Sequence record: LR756511.1
DNA: 64,000 nt
Direction: 5' to 3' (one strand)
Below the pieces are notes generated by a model. That model did not search any database and had not been told where the DNA came from. It was given only the letters and a program-made list of their open reading frames with translations. Positions 47,122 to 56,816 of this stretch are shown piece by piece (within the stretch, counting starts at the first letter, position 1; the number at the start of each line of letters is the position of its first letter). A program made the translations under genes and the position numbers.

Positions 47122-49971
47122 ATGGTAAGAGAATTTGTGAGTTGGGTGAAAAAGAAGCGATTGGATGAAGGTATTTGGGGCAACTGGACTTACGAAGTTC
47201 CTATTGACCCAAAACAACAGATGTATGACTTTTACATGCTGGAATATTTACTTCCTCACGGCATTGGTTTGTACTTAACGGTATTTGACTTCGACCCTGA
47301 CGAAAACAAACAAGGTGAAATCGACCCTGAAACGGGAAAGGCACATGGCGAGCCAGCCATGCCCCTCCAACGTAAGTTTAATATGGCTTTATATGAAGTT
47401 GCCAACAAGCTTTTACCAGCTTTAAAGAAAGAGCTTTTAAAAGCTGTTGAGTTTGCGGTTGCCGCAGAACTTAGGCACATCGAAGGCGATTCTCTTGAGA
47501 ATATTCAATATGGCGGCAGTTATAAAGAAAGACTAAAGATGTTAATTCAAACAGTAAAAGAAAAGCGTGGCAAGGCTGACGCTGATTTACTGCGAAGATA
47601 CTTTGTTGCTTACAAGCAATATATGGGCGGCGAAACCAAGGAATTTATGCCGCGTGATCCGCTTGATCCACTTTATGATTATGGTGAAAGCGGCAAAGGC
47701 GGCACACATCAAGAATATCGTAGATCATTTCGTGCTATGAAGGATGCTGGCGGTTCTACAGAGCAATGGATGAGCCTTGCTAGCTGGTTATTTACTAACG
47801 CTGAATGGAATGAAGCATATGGCGGAAAGAATTGGGCACTCATTGCTGACGCATGGGGCCATCTATATCACGCTAAAGCAGCACACGAAATAATTACGTA
47901 TATTGACCATGTTTATGACCTACAACATAACACAGGTAGTGTTTTCACCAAATTACCAAAATTCTCCAAAAACGGTAGCTTTAAATGGATCGAGAAAGCT
48001 TTGGACCATAAGCGGGATATGGTAGCTCCACACGAATTTATTGAGCATTTGTCAAAACCTATGCAGGAATTGGCACTTATTGGCATTAAGTTAAAAACTG
48101 GTAAGACCTTCGGTGACTTTGAAGCAGATTGGCCTGAAATCGTCAAAAAGAAAACAGAAATCCACAATTACAACATGGAAAAGAAGTGGGAAAAAGAGAA
48201 AGAAAAATATTTTTCACAGAAAGCCAGGACGTATTATGAGCAGCAATTACAAGGCTGGGAAGCTGAAAAGAAAAATTATCTGAAAAACAATCCAGGCGGG
48301 GAATTCACTGTTCCTAAGCCAACGCGGTTATCAGCAGAAGACTATCAAAAGAAATTCCCTCATCAAACTTTTTACAATCCAAAACCTAGTCCTATTTCCG
48401 TAGACACGTTTGAAAGAAACGTGGTAACGGACACTGGTAGTCCTTATAGCGTTGCCCGTTTAACAAAACATCATAAGCTGGGACAAGATTCTAGATTTTC
48501 CCACTTGATAGGAAACGGCACACCAGACGTTCCTAAGAAGATTACTGACTATCATCCAGGGGATCAGGTGTCTACACACTGGCCACCTAGAGAGTGGTTA
48601 ACGGTTACGGGTATTCGTCCTGCATCATTCGAAGGCGCAACAGAGTATCTTGACATAGATGGCTTTGCTTTAAGATTAGATAGGGTTAAGGGCTACTTGT
48701 CTAAAGACGCAAAAAATCCCGCACAGATATCGAAACCACCACAGGAACCAGTCTATGACTATCACAACAAACAGATTAATGTTGGTGATCGGGTAAAGCA
48801 ATTTAGCTCATCCACAGATAAAAGTGGCCAAGTTGAAAAGATTGCGAATGGCTGGGTATATGTAAAGTGGGACGATGGCATATCGCAGAAAGCATATATG
48901 CCTTACCTTTTGGTCGTCCTCAAAGATATTAAAGACAAAAACGGAAAAGTAATCAAAGTGGGCGACACCGTAACCTATTCAGGTTATGTTACTGGCGCTA
49001 TTACTAAAATAAGCGATTCTGGCATTGTAACTGTTAAATCTCCATCAGGAATTGCTGGACAATATCAAGCGTCGGATTTAGAAAAGATTGAAAAAGCAAA
49101 AGAGCTTGTTGACAAGCACGGCAAGCCAATTAAAGTTGGCGATCTTGTGAAGTGGTCATATGGTGGTGGTAGAATCCGACAAATAATTGGCAATCAAATT
49201 AAGATTGATTTCCACGGTGATGTTATTACAAAGACGGCAAACGAACTTGAACTCATAACAAGCCCAATGGAAGCCAAAGATTTTAATGGCAAAAACATTA
49301 GCGTAGGCGACAAAGTAATTTTCAGAGCTAATTCTGAATTTGTCGGAAAAGCTACTGAAATTACACCTCTTGGTGAAGTCAAAGTTAAGTGGGACCAAGA
49401 AAATCTTGGCCACACTTTTCTAAATGGTTCCGAATTGATCGTGCAGGTTCCTACACCACAAATGCCAGCGCCTGCACCACAACCATCTTCAACAATGTCC
49501 TCTATCAAGTTGACGTGGGATGATTTGAAGGGTGTTCCAGTTGTTCTACGATTTGTCAGAACTATTAAGGCCATCTACACACATAGTTCCATTGAAAATT
49601 ATGTCAAACAAATATCACAAGCTGTTGGTGTGCCAGTTGAAGAAAAAGACATGGTAGCAATTAAGAAAATGTTTTGGGAAGAAGATACCAAGGAGAAATA
49701 CTATAAACAACGCGGCATGGCTCTCTTCCCACATGACCTTAAGCCGAATGATGCAGTAAAAGTGAAAGCAACAAACTACCCAAGTCCACCGCCCGTGTTC
49801 TTGGATCATTTAACTGGCGATAAAGTGGAAGCCGCTTTACTTGCACATAAGAATGAGGAAGCGGTCAAAATAGTTCAAGATAAAACCAAGTTTGGCACCG
49901 TTGCGGCGAAGGGACTTGTTATATTGTTTAAGTTAGATTTATTTGCAAACGGCATGTACCAAGCAGCATAA
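47122..49971 (+). CDS. 949-aa protein: CTS-like leader, conserved helical NTD, KOW/SH3-like repeats, L12-CTD-like end
   Basis: MVREFVSW; repeats D..(G)K.I.VGD.V (x4); terminal EAVKIVQDKTKFGTVAAKGLV; GATAAATA 5 nt before ATG. Confidence 0.8.
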   Translation: MVREFVSWVKKKRLDEGIWGNWTYEVPIDPKQQMYDFYMLEYLLPHGIGLYLTVFDFDPDENKQGEIDPETGKAHGEPAMPLQRKFNMALYEVANKLLPALKKELLKAVEFAVAAELRHIEGDSLENIQYGGSYKERLKMLIQTVKEKRGKADADLLRRYFVAYKQYMGGETKEFMPRDPLDPLYDYGESGKGGTHQEYRRSFRAMKDAGGSTEQWMSLASWLFTNAEWNEAYGGKNWALIADAWGHLYHAKAAHEIITYIDHVYDLQHNTGSVFTKLPKFSKNGSFKWIEKALDHKRDMVAPHEFIEHLSKPMQELALIGIKLKTGKTFGDFEADWPEIVKKKTEIHNYNMEKKWEKEKEKYFSQKARTYYEQQLQGWEAEKKNYLKNNPGGEFTVPKPTRLSAEDYQKKFPHQTFYNPKPSPISVDTFERNVVTDTGSPYSVARLTKHHKLGQDSRFSHLIGNGTPDVPKKITDYHPGDQVSTHWPPREWLTVTGIRPASFEGATEYLDIDGFALRLDRVKGYLSKDAKNPAQISKPPQEPVYDYHNKQINVGDRVKQFSSSTDKSGQVEKIANGWVYVKWDDGISQKAYMPYLLVVLKDIKDKNGKVIKVGDTVTYSGYVTGAITKISDSGIVTVKSPSGIAGQYQASDLEKIEKAKELVDKHGKPIKVGDLVKWSYGGGRIRQIIGNQIKIDFHGDVITKTANELELITSPMEAKDFNGKNISVGDKVIFRANSEFVGKATEITPLGEVKVKWDQENLGHTFLNGSELIVQVPTPQMPAPAPQPSSTMSSIKLTWDDLKGVPVVLRFVRTIKAIYTHSSIENYVKQISQAVGVPVEEKDMVAIKKMFWEEDTKEKYYKQRGMALFPHDLKPNDAVKVKATNYPSPPPVFLDHLTGDKVEAALLAHKNEEAVKIVQDKTKFGTVAAKGLVILFKLDLFANGMYQAA

Positions 49972-49982
49972 TTGGAGAATAG

Positions 49983-52067
49983 ATGCTAGAAAGCTTTATA
50001 GGCTGGATCAAAAATATAAATGAAGTTTGGGGGTCATCGTGGAAGTATGAAGTTCCAGAGGACAAGGAACAACAGCTTTATGATTTCTACATGATAGAAT
50101 CATTGCTCCCACCTGGAGTAATGTTATACCTAAAGCCATTTGATTTCGGCCACGATAATCCGCCAACTGGCTATTGGGAACATCCTAGAGAAGATCAAGT
50201 ATATTATGCCATCTATGAAGCAGCAGGAAAGCTTATTCCTACCTTAAAGAAAAATTTGCTTGATGCGGTGCTGTTTTCCATCATGTCTGAACTTCGACAC
50301 GTCTTAGATGTTTACGTTGATGACTACAGCGGCAGTCATTATGCTGGGGAAGGCAAGGAAGGAATTAGGGGCTTAGCCAAACGAGTGCGTAAGGAATTCG
50401 ATCCAGAAACAGAAAATATGTTTAAGAATTATATCAAAAATATGGTTCTACATACCAGACCAGAAACAGCTGCTTTCATGCGAAGAAAAAAAGTGCCAGA
50501 AGACCTAAAATCCAGTCACGAATCTAGAAGGGCGTCCTTTCAAGCAATGCTGAAAAGCGGCGGCACTCCTGAAAAATGGGTAGAATTAGCCCGACATTTA
50601 TTCCAACATGAACAGTGGAATGTATCTTTCGGTGGCCCAGCATGGGCCGATATTGCCGAAGGATGGTTAAAGTTATATAAAGCCTCAGCTTTAGGGCATC
50701 AAATTGCGGCTATTGACCGAATTTATGACTTGCAACATAATACTGATACTGTTTTCAACAAGGTTGAAAGCTATCTGAAAGATGGAGGTTACGACTGGCT
50801 TAGAGCCGCCCTAGACCATAAAAGATACATTCAGTCCCCATATGAAATTATTGATAAAGTATCTCCGTGGATGAAAATTCTCGCAAAGAAAGCAATGTGG
50901 GTCATTAAAGGTGTTTCTTGGGCGGAATTTCAGGATAAAAAGGAAGACTATGACAAACAACGTCAAGCTGCCATCCATCAGAAGTATTATGGATCGCCAC
51001 CGAAGGAACCAGAGGTAGAAGAACCAGAAGTACATGACCCTGCGAAAGATTATGTAACACTCAAGTCTCCGTCCCTTTCTTATTATCCGTGGTATGTTAG
51101 CGTGGCCCGAATTGCGTACCGTGTTCCAATGTCTTTTAGTGCATCAGATGAGGAACGAGTTAAGAAAGTTATGCAATATATGGAACTTGATACATCGGAA
51201 ACGAATATAGATAAAGCAGTAGGCCAACTAGAACGGGAAAGACATAATGACCAATACTACGCTGAAAAAGTCAGCATAACAGGACCAGTTGCAGAGTTTA
51301 TAGCCAAGCAAGAGGCAATAAATTTATTAGCACAACACTTCCATGATGCCCCACAAGTTATACTAGACCCATATGATTTTGATGCCGTGATTAACTATTT
51401 GAAACAGGGGACACATAATGGTATAGAAAATGCTAGAATAAAGCTTTCGCAAGCTACTAACTATACACCAACTGCTCTTGATAGTTTAAGATACTATATT
51501 TTCCTAAAAGCAGTCGCAGAAGATAAGTTTGGCGAGGAGTGGGCAAAGCAAGGATATGAAAAACAACAAGCGGCACTAAAAGAAAAATTAACTACCGCTT
51601 GGCTTCCCGTCTCTAGTAGTTCTTTACCAATCGAAACAAAGCTGGCTAGGGTTTTACGTTTGACTAACTACGAATGGAAGAAAATCAAACCAGATGACTT
51701 AATGGCGGCGGTGAAAGTTCTTAATTTACCAATGGGAGTTCTGCAAAAGAAGCAAGCATGGGACATCTTCCAAAAAGAAAGGCAAATGGAAGAATACTTC
51801 GATAAACACTTGGTTACTAGCGTTTATGACGCTACCGATAGGCCAACTGTCTACAAATTATTAGAAACCCACTTCCCTAATGCTCCTCAAATTAAACTCG
51901 ATCCAAAAATCGAAAAAGAACTTGAGGCACTGATATTGAATAAGAATAAAAAGATCAGTGCAATAAAATTATTCAGAGAACAGACAGGGTGGGGTTTAAG
52001 AGCTTCCAAAGACTACGTTGAATACTTACAGCTTGAAATGATCTACTTGGGCGCAAAGGTTGCTTAA
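49983..52067 (+). CDS. 694-aa paralogue: CTS-like leader, same NTD, C-terminal L7/L12-CTD-like domain
   Basis: MLESFIGW; shares QxYDFYM, ELRH, GG..WA.IA, YDLQHNT, ALDHKR; ends KKISAIKLFREQTGWGLRASKDYVE. Confidence 0.8.
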   Translation: MLESFIGWIKNINEVWGSSWKYEVPEDKEQQLYDFYMIESLLPPGVMLYLKPFDFGHDNPPTGYWEHPREDQVYYAIYEAAGKLIPTLKKNLLDAVLFSIMSELRHVLDVYVDDYSGSHYAGEGKEGIRGLAKRVRKEFDPETENMFKNYIKNMVLHTRPETAAFMRRKKVPEDLKSSHESRRASFQAMLKSGGTPEKWVELARHLFQHEQWNVSFGGPAWADIAEGWLKLYKASALGHQIAAIDRIYDLQHNTDTVFNKVESYLKDGGYDWLRAALDHKRYIQSPYEIIDKVSPWMKILAKKAMWVIKGVSWAEFQDKKEDYDKQRQAAIHQKYYGSPPKEPEVEEPEVHDPAKDYVTLKSPSLSYYPWYVSVARIAYRVPMSFSASDEERVKKVMQYMELDTSETNIDKAVGQLERERHNDQYYAEKVSITGPVAEFIAKQEAINLLAQHFHDAPQVILDPYDFDAVINYLKQGTHNGIENARIKLSQATNYTPTALDSLRYYIFLKAVAEDKFGEEWAKQGYEKQQAALKEKLTTAWLPVSSSSLPIETKLARVLRLTNYEWKKIKPDDLMAAVKVLNLPMGVLQKKQAWDIFQKERQMEEYFDKHLVTSVYDATDRPTVYKLLETHFPNAPQIKLDPKIEKELEALILNKNKKISAIKLFREQTGWGLRASKDYVEYLQLEMIYLGAKVA

Positions 52068-52735
52068 AGGAATTGACCCGATCCCATCTGATATGCCATT
52101 AAATAGATTTCGTCCCCATCACCCTGTTCAAAGGCATGTCTTGGCGTCTTTCTGAATGATGGGCTTGGCGTATCCAGCCACGCATCTATAGCTTCTTCTT
52201 TAATCACGGTTGCAAGAGCCTTCTTTACATGGTTAATATCGTAACGTCCCCATGTAAAACCCCACGGCTCCTGTTTGTTACCATTGGAGGCGCCAGTCTT
52301 GTTCAGAAAACGCCATAAGTCTGTATAGTCGCTTTGCTCTATATCTTTGCAATCAGCACAATAACTGTGATAATAGTCATCGTGTTTATTCCAATCAGGA
52401 TGATGGTCGTAAATCAAATCTTCGACGTTGGCTTCTTTACCACAGAATTCACAGGTATCTTTGTAACCAGTGTTAAGCAGTTTCTCGTCAGCTTTTTGAG
52501 TGTATTGACCCCAATGGGACAAGTCGCCGCGATGGTAAACATGAGTGCCATGATGTTCTGTAAAAATGATTATATAGTCTTTAAATTCCTTTATGAATGC
52601 ACTTCGGAAGGTTAATGTCGTTCCTTCTTCATGAAGAACGAATACCAAGCTCGATGGACCAAAATCATATGCGGAGATTTTCATGTCTACCGTGCGGGCA
52701 AGTTCTTCAACTTCTTTGTAGTGCGTTCTAATCAT
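52064..52735 (-). CDS. Hypothetical protein with C-terminal MbcA/ParS/Xre antitoxin-like (DUF2384) motif
   Basis: AIDAWLDTPSPSFRKTPRHAFEQGDGDEI. Confidence 0.55.
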   Translation of the reverse strand: MIRTHYKEVEELARTVDMKISAYDFGPSSLVFVLHEEGTTLTFRSAFIKEFKDYIIIFTEHHGTHVYHRGDLSHWGQYTQKADEKLLNTGYKDTCEFCGKEANVEDLIYDHHPDWNKHDDYYHSYCADCKDIEQSDYTDLWRFLNKTGASNGNKQEPWGFTWGRYDINHVKKALATVIKEEAIDAWLDTPSPSFRKTPRHAFEQGDGDEIYLMAYQMGSGQFL

Positions 52736-53022
52736 TTCGCAACTTTCGTTTGGAGAAACTCAGTTAGAGCATCAAGACGGGCTTGATTTACCTTTATAAT
52801 CTGTTTGTAATTGTCTATTTGACTTTCCATATATCTATAAAGATTACTTATGGCTTCGTTTTTCGTGTCTCCACCGTGAGAGTAATGCCAATCAAGCAAA
52901 TGGATTTGTGCAAGCCATTCATCGTGGAAACTATCGTCTCCGTAATGATTAGTTAGATTTAGTTGACGGTGGACACATACACCATTTGGCAAAGTCCCTT
53001 CATCAAGGTGCCGTTTTTTCAT
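52732..53022 (-). CDS. Hypothetical protein, HicB-like motif
   Basis: SHGGDTKNEAISNL; start re-assigned to ATG 53022. Confidence 0.45.
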   Translation of the reverse strand: MKKRHLDEGTLPNGVCVHRQLNLTNHYGDDSFHDEWLAQIHLLDWHYSHGGDTKNEAISNLYRYMESQIDNYKQIIKVNQARLDALTEFLQTKVAK

Positions 53023-53591
53023 TTTATATTCCTGAACGTAAGGTTGATTCGTGGACCGATTTCCTTCGTTGTTTTGGGCACACAATGCTGCCAGTGATGC
53101 TGCATCGTTCCACCCATCACAAGAAGACTACCGTTCGTGAGAACGTATTCCTTCTTGTCTTTGCTCTTATTGTGTCTGATTTGGAAAACCCGCTCCGCTC
53201 CGATGGACACAGAAGCAATGACGGGGTTCACGCCCAACTCTTTTTCATTGTCGGCGTGCCAACCAATCGAATCTTTACCGTCACGATATTGGTTAAGGAG
53301 AAGACTATTGAATTGATTGCCCGTGATTTCCTCAATCTTAAGTTTGATGCGTTTGAGATAATTAGGCCACTCCAGGGAATCATGAACGACACCCGAATAG
53401 GCATACTTGACGCCTGGATCAGCATAGTATGCGGTAAGACGTGGGAATTTATTGCCATAGAAGGTTACTTCTTGCTTCCACGGCACATGCACGCTCATTG
53501 CATCCAAAAGGCTATCGGCTGTTTCTTTTGGAAGGAAATTGGGATCGTAATATAACGTTCCGCCATCAGTCAACTCGATTAGGTCCGTCAT
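53019..53591 (-). CDS. AlkB-family 2OG-Fe(II) dioxygenase
   Basis: PRLTAYY, NQYRDGKDSIGWHADNE, HWQHCVPK, RINLTFR. Confidence 0.92.
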   Translation of the reverse strand: MTDLIELTDGGTLYYDPNFLPKETADSLLDAMSVHVPWKQEVTFYGNKFPRLTAYYADPGVKYAYSGVVHDSLEWPNYLKRIKLKIEEITGNQFNSLLLNQYRDGKDSIGWHADNEKELGVNPVIASVSIGAERVFQIRHNKSKDKKEYVLTNGSLLVMGGTMQHHWQHCVPKTTKEIGPRINLTFRNIK

Positions 53592-53784
53592 TTTTAAGAT
53601 AAAGCCTTGTTAAACAGGAGTTAATTATCTGGTCTAGTGGATGCGATTGGTGCTTGTTTATAATGTCTTCCAAGCCCATGTTAAAGTGCTTGGAATGGCG
53701 AAGCATTGCCGCAACAATCCGTTCATGAAGCTCATCAGCAGTGAAATCCTTACCATAACCCTGACTGCCTATATACTCGCTCAT
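53566..53784 (-). CDS. Small hypothetical protein
   Basis: ATG overlapping upstream stop. Confidence 0.5.
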   Translation of the reverse strand: MSEYIGSQGYGKDFTADELHERIVAAMLRHSKHFNMGLEDIINKHQSHPLDQIINSCLTRLYLKNDGPNRVD

Positions 53785-54365
53785 ACCCGTACCACCGTTT
53801 CTCGTTCGTAACACGCTTGTAGTGCCGCTTTAACTTCATCATAGTTTGTTCCGTCCCACTTAATGCACCGTGGGTGAGTATAATCTAGGTTTGTTCGATT
53901 AACAGGCATGATTGCTATACCGCGAGGTCGAGCCTTTAACCAATCATCCACATAGTCTGGATAATCGTCATAAAGAAACTTTCCATAAACCATTGACTTT
54001 CTGGAGGTAATGTGGACGTTTACCAGATCGCCAAGATTAGCCTGACTCCACTCTACCTTCTCTTTCCATGCTCGCGGGTATCGCTTTGGACCTTTCGTAA
54101 GAATATGGTTTTCAAAACCAATCTTTTCTGCCAACTTGTAAATCTCCATCCCATCCTGAAGGACTGGCAGATTTCGCCACCAACAAGGTTGCTTCTTAAT
54201 CAAACGAATAAGAGACTTAAACGGCTCCTGCTCGTCAGCTTTCCACATGCCAAGTTCATCAAATCTTTTCAAGTCTAAGGCGGATAGAAGTTTAACTAGG
54301 TCGTTTCGTAATTGTCCTTCGTAGTCCGTAAGGCTCCCATCCAGGTCAAACAGGCCGATATTCAT
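53781..54365 (-). CDS. 5'(3')-deoxyribonucleotidase (HAD, NT5C-like)
   Basis: FDLDGSL, ILTK, EKVEW, KSMVYG.FLYDD. Confidence 0.8.
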   Translation of the reverse strand: MNIGLFDLDGSLTDYEGQLRNDLVKLLSALDLKRFDELGMWKADEQEPFKSLIRLIKKQPCWWRNLPVLQDGMEIYKLAEKIGFENHILTKGPKRYPRAWKEKVEWSQANLGDLVNVHITSRKSMVYGKFLYDDYPDYVDDWLKARPRGIAIMPVNRTNLDYTHPRCIKWDGTNYDEVKAALQACYERETVVRV

Positions 54366-54543
54366 TGTCGCCTCCACTATATTTTTTCATCTTCTTTGTT
54401 TCGCAATTGCCGTAATCAGGCTGGTCGTCCCAATGTGCTTCATCGGGATGTTCCCTTAAACCCTCTTTGAGTTTCTTGCGGGCTTTCTTATTGCCTTCTT
54501 TTTTCAAAGTCCGCTTCAGCTTTCTATATTCTCGCTTGTCCAC
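54346..54543 (-). CDS. Small basic protein
   Basis: 65-aa K/R-rich ORF. Confidence 0.5.
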   Translation of the reverse strand: MDKREYRKLKRTLKKEGNKKARKKLKEGLREHPDEAHWDDQPDYGNCETKKMKKYSGGDNEYRPV

Positions 54544-55202
54544 GTTTTTAACTCCACGTTGCCGTTATCTATAGTTAGATAAGTAGGTGGCAACTCTGTC
54601 CATGTTCCACTGTTAAAATAATTCCCCTCACTCGCTGCCAAGTGAGTATGGCCGCAACACACAATGTCGCAGTCCAACTTATTCTTGTGTTTCAAGGCCA
54701 TGTTCTTTACCCTTTCTACGCAGCGAAGGAACGTTTTTGAGCTATGTTTCGCCATTTTTGCGAGAAAAAAGCTTCCATCAACCTTCTGTAATAACCAGTA
54801 AATCCAATCAGCAATATACGTCAAGAACGGATGTTCAGTCAAGAAGTCATCGTAAATATCGCCATGAAAACAGAGGATTTTCTTCCCGCCGCTCTCAAAA
54901 ACGTATTCCTCATAGTATTCTGCCCCAATCAAATGAGCGATAGAAAGGGCAGGACCATGAGCATCATGATTTCCTCTAATCCAAACCACCTCAACAATAT
55001 CCGAAATACTTCTCAAAGCCGAAAGAATCTTCCAATTCCATTTATGAAGACGAGAATCAAAGTTCTCAAATACATCACCATTCAAGATCAGCTTCTTAGT
55101 AACTATCTCCTGCTTATGTATCTTTTCTAAAAAGTTAACCAAAAGCCTAGCCTGACAGTTACCTGCGCCGATGTGAATATCACTAATTATAATTGCGTCC
55201 AT
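54516..55202 (-). CDS. Metallophosphoesterase (LpxH-like)
   Basis: ISDIHIG, LNGDVFE, RGNHD, FHGD, CGHTH, NSGTW. Confidence 0.88.
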   Translation of the reverse strand: MDAIIISDIHIGAGNCQARLLVNFLEKIHKQEIVTKKLILNGDVFENFDSRLHKWNWKILSALRSISDIVEVVWIRGNHDAHGPALSIAHLIGAEYYEEYVFESGGKKILCFHGDIYDDFLTEHPFLTYIADWIYWLLQKVDGSFFLAKMAKHSSKTFLRCVERVKNMALKHKNKLDCDIVCCGHTHLAASEGNYFNSGTWTELPPTYLTIDNGNVELKTWTSENIES

Positions 55203-55237
55203 GCAATTATCTTAACTTAATAGCACGTCGATCCCTG

Positions 55238-55501
55238 TTAAGTTTCTAAGAAGATTTGGGTACTCATATTATCACATCCAACATGAATACGATACTGCAC
55301 TTCATTCCACCCGTCTAGAAAAACTCCAACACGACAATTAGCCTTTAAAGCACGCTTCAATACCTTCTTCAAACCGTCTTCGGTGGCCTTGAAGTTAAAG
55401 TAATGAATGCCGCAATGCTGTGCTTGCGTGTCGTCAATCAGGCGGATTCCCTCTTCATTTTGGAAATACGCCTTCAACTTTTCATGGTTGGAGTCTTTCA
55501 T
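55238..55501 (-). CDS. Hypothetical protein
   Basis: 87-aa ORF. Confidence 0.55.
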   Translation of the reverse strand: MKDSNHEKLKAYFQNEEGIRLIDDTQAQHCGIHYFNFKATEDGLKKVLKRALKANCRVGVFLDGWNEVQYRIHVGCDNMSTQIFLET

Positions 55502-55680
55502 TTTCCGTTATCGCCGTAATCGTTTCTGGTTTCGTAAAATTGCTTACAGTCCTTGCAGTCACGTTTCGGTGGACGCTTGCCTTGATACTTTGGATGCTTG
55601 GGGCAAGGTCTTGGATTGCCTTCTACATCACATCGCGGATCATGAAAACAATCAAGCCCCGCATAAGGTCTGAATGTCAT
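55498..55680 (-). CDS. Small Cys/basic protein
   Basis: CPKHPKY....P..DCKDC; start moved outside the tRNA. Confidence 0.55.
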   Translation of the reverse strand: MTFRPYAGLDCFHDPRCDVEGNPRPCPKHPKYQGKRPPKRDCKDCKQFYETRNDYGDNGK

Positions 55681-55700
55681 TTTCTTTAATCCTCTGGAAG

Positions 55701-55783
55701 TGGTCAAGGAGGGATTCGAACCCTCACGCCCTTACGGGCACTGGCTCCTAAGGCCAGCGTGTCTGCCGTTCCACCACTTGACC
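55701..55783 (-). tRNA. tRNA-Leu(UAG)
   Basis: GGTCAAG acceptor, CTGGC-CTTAGGA-GCCAG, long variable arm, GGTTCGAATCC; no CCA. Confidence 0.93.
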
Positions 55784-55789
55784 TACTAC

Positions 55790-56011
55790 TCACGATACTT
55801 TAAAATCTTTGTGTCTCTTCATAAACCTAATGATAATGGGCAACATTGATGCTTCGTGACCATTGGGACATTTGAAGCTCCAATCATTCCCACATTTCTC
55901 TACAGAACAATTAACGCTGGCTACTGCCGCCGCTAATTGTTCTTCGTAGTTTGGGCCTAATGCGATGAATGCTTCAGATTCAAACCCACACGTCTTGCAA
56001 TCAATATACAT
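55790..56011 (-). CDS. Small Zn-ribbon protein
   Basis: CKTC...C...C...CPNGH. Confidence 0.55.
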   Translation of the reverse strand: MYIDCKTCGFESEAFIALGPNYEEQLAAAVASVNCSVEKCGNDWSFKCPNGHEASMLPIIIRFMKRHKDFKVS

Positions 56012-56400
56012 CTATCTATCCCAATCCCTTATAAAGAACGTGATGCGTGTACCAACTATCAAAGTTTTTATTCTCTGGACACGCCCAATTATTCTTAATG
56101 CACAAATCAACCAATTCTTGCCTATCACCTGAGTAGAACAGAATTCGTTCCTTCTCTTCTACCTCAAAATCACCAAACTGAGTGGTTTCCACCAAGTAAT
56201 AAGACAGTTCTGGAACCCCGTGCAATGGATTATACTTATGCATTATGTATCCGATTTCTTGCTTATATAGTTGCTTACTGCACAACAAATAACCACCAAT
56301 AACACCATGCCCATTATACCAATTATGTGCCACCCACAAACATTGGCTGGGGCTGTGGAATGATCGCTAGCTAATTGCTTCGCTAAATGTTCCGCTCTAT

Positions 56401-56652
56401 TCATATGTCAGACGCCTTTCTAGTCTTCAAATATAAACGACTATCCTGCTCAACATCCTTCGCTGGTCTTCTTGGACTAGGTTCGCCGTAAACTACCCAG
56501 CCATCATCCCACTGGTCCGTATCCTCAATTCGAAGTTTCAAAACCTTATCTTTTACACAAAATGGTTCTGGAATATAACTAACTTGTTCCATATAGCCAT
56601 CAGGCGTCTTTTTCCTCAATGTGCATTGCCTGTAATATAAGTCTTTTTTCAT
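56401..56652 (-). CDS. Hypothetical protein
   Basis: 83-aa ORF. Confidence 0.65.
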   Translation of the reverse strand: MKKDLYYRQCTLRKKTPDGYMEQVSYIPEPFCVKDKVLKLRIEDTDQWDDGWVVYGEPSPRRPAKDVEQDSRLYLKTRKASDI

Positions 56653-56816
56653 TTTTCAACTCCAAGTATTCTTCTGCCAACTTCCTTAATATATTTTTCG
56701 TGGTAGAATCTTCGCACACAATTATGCAATTTCCCCAATCAAGTTCAAACGTTGAGTTTCCCCAAGTGCGATCTCCTGCCAATTCTTTTGCTAAATATTC
56801 TACATCTGTCATTTTA

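Noticed and set aside
52986-53555. Long antisense ORFs (e.g. 52986..53555, 7656..8147, 6372..6773, 6827..7183)
   Set aside because: They lie opposite well-supported genes (AlkB, ssb) and show no recognisable motifs.
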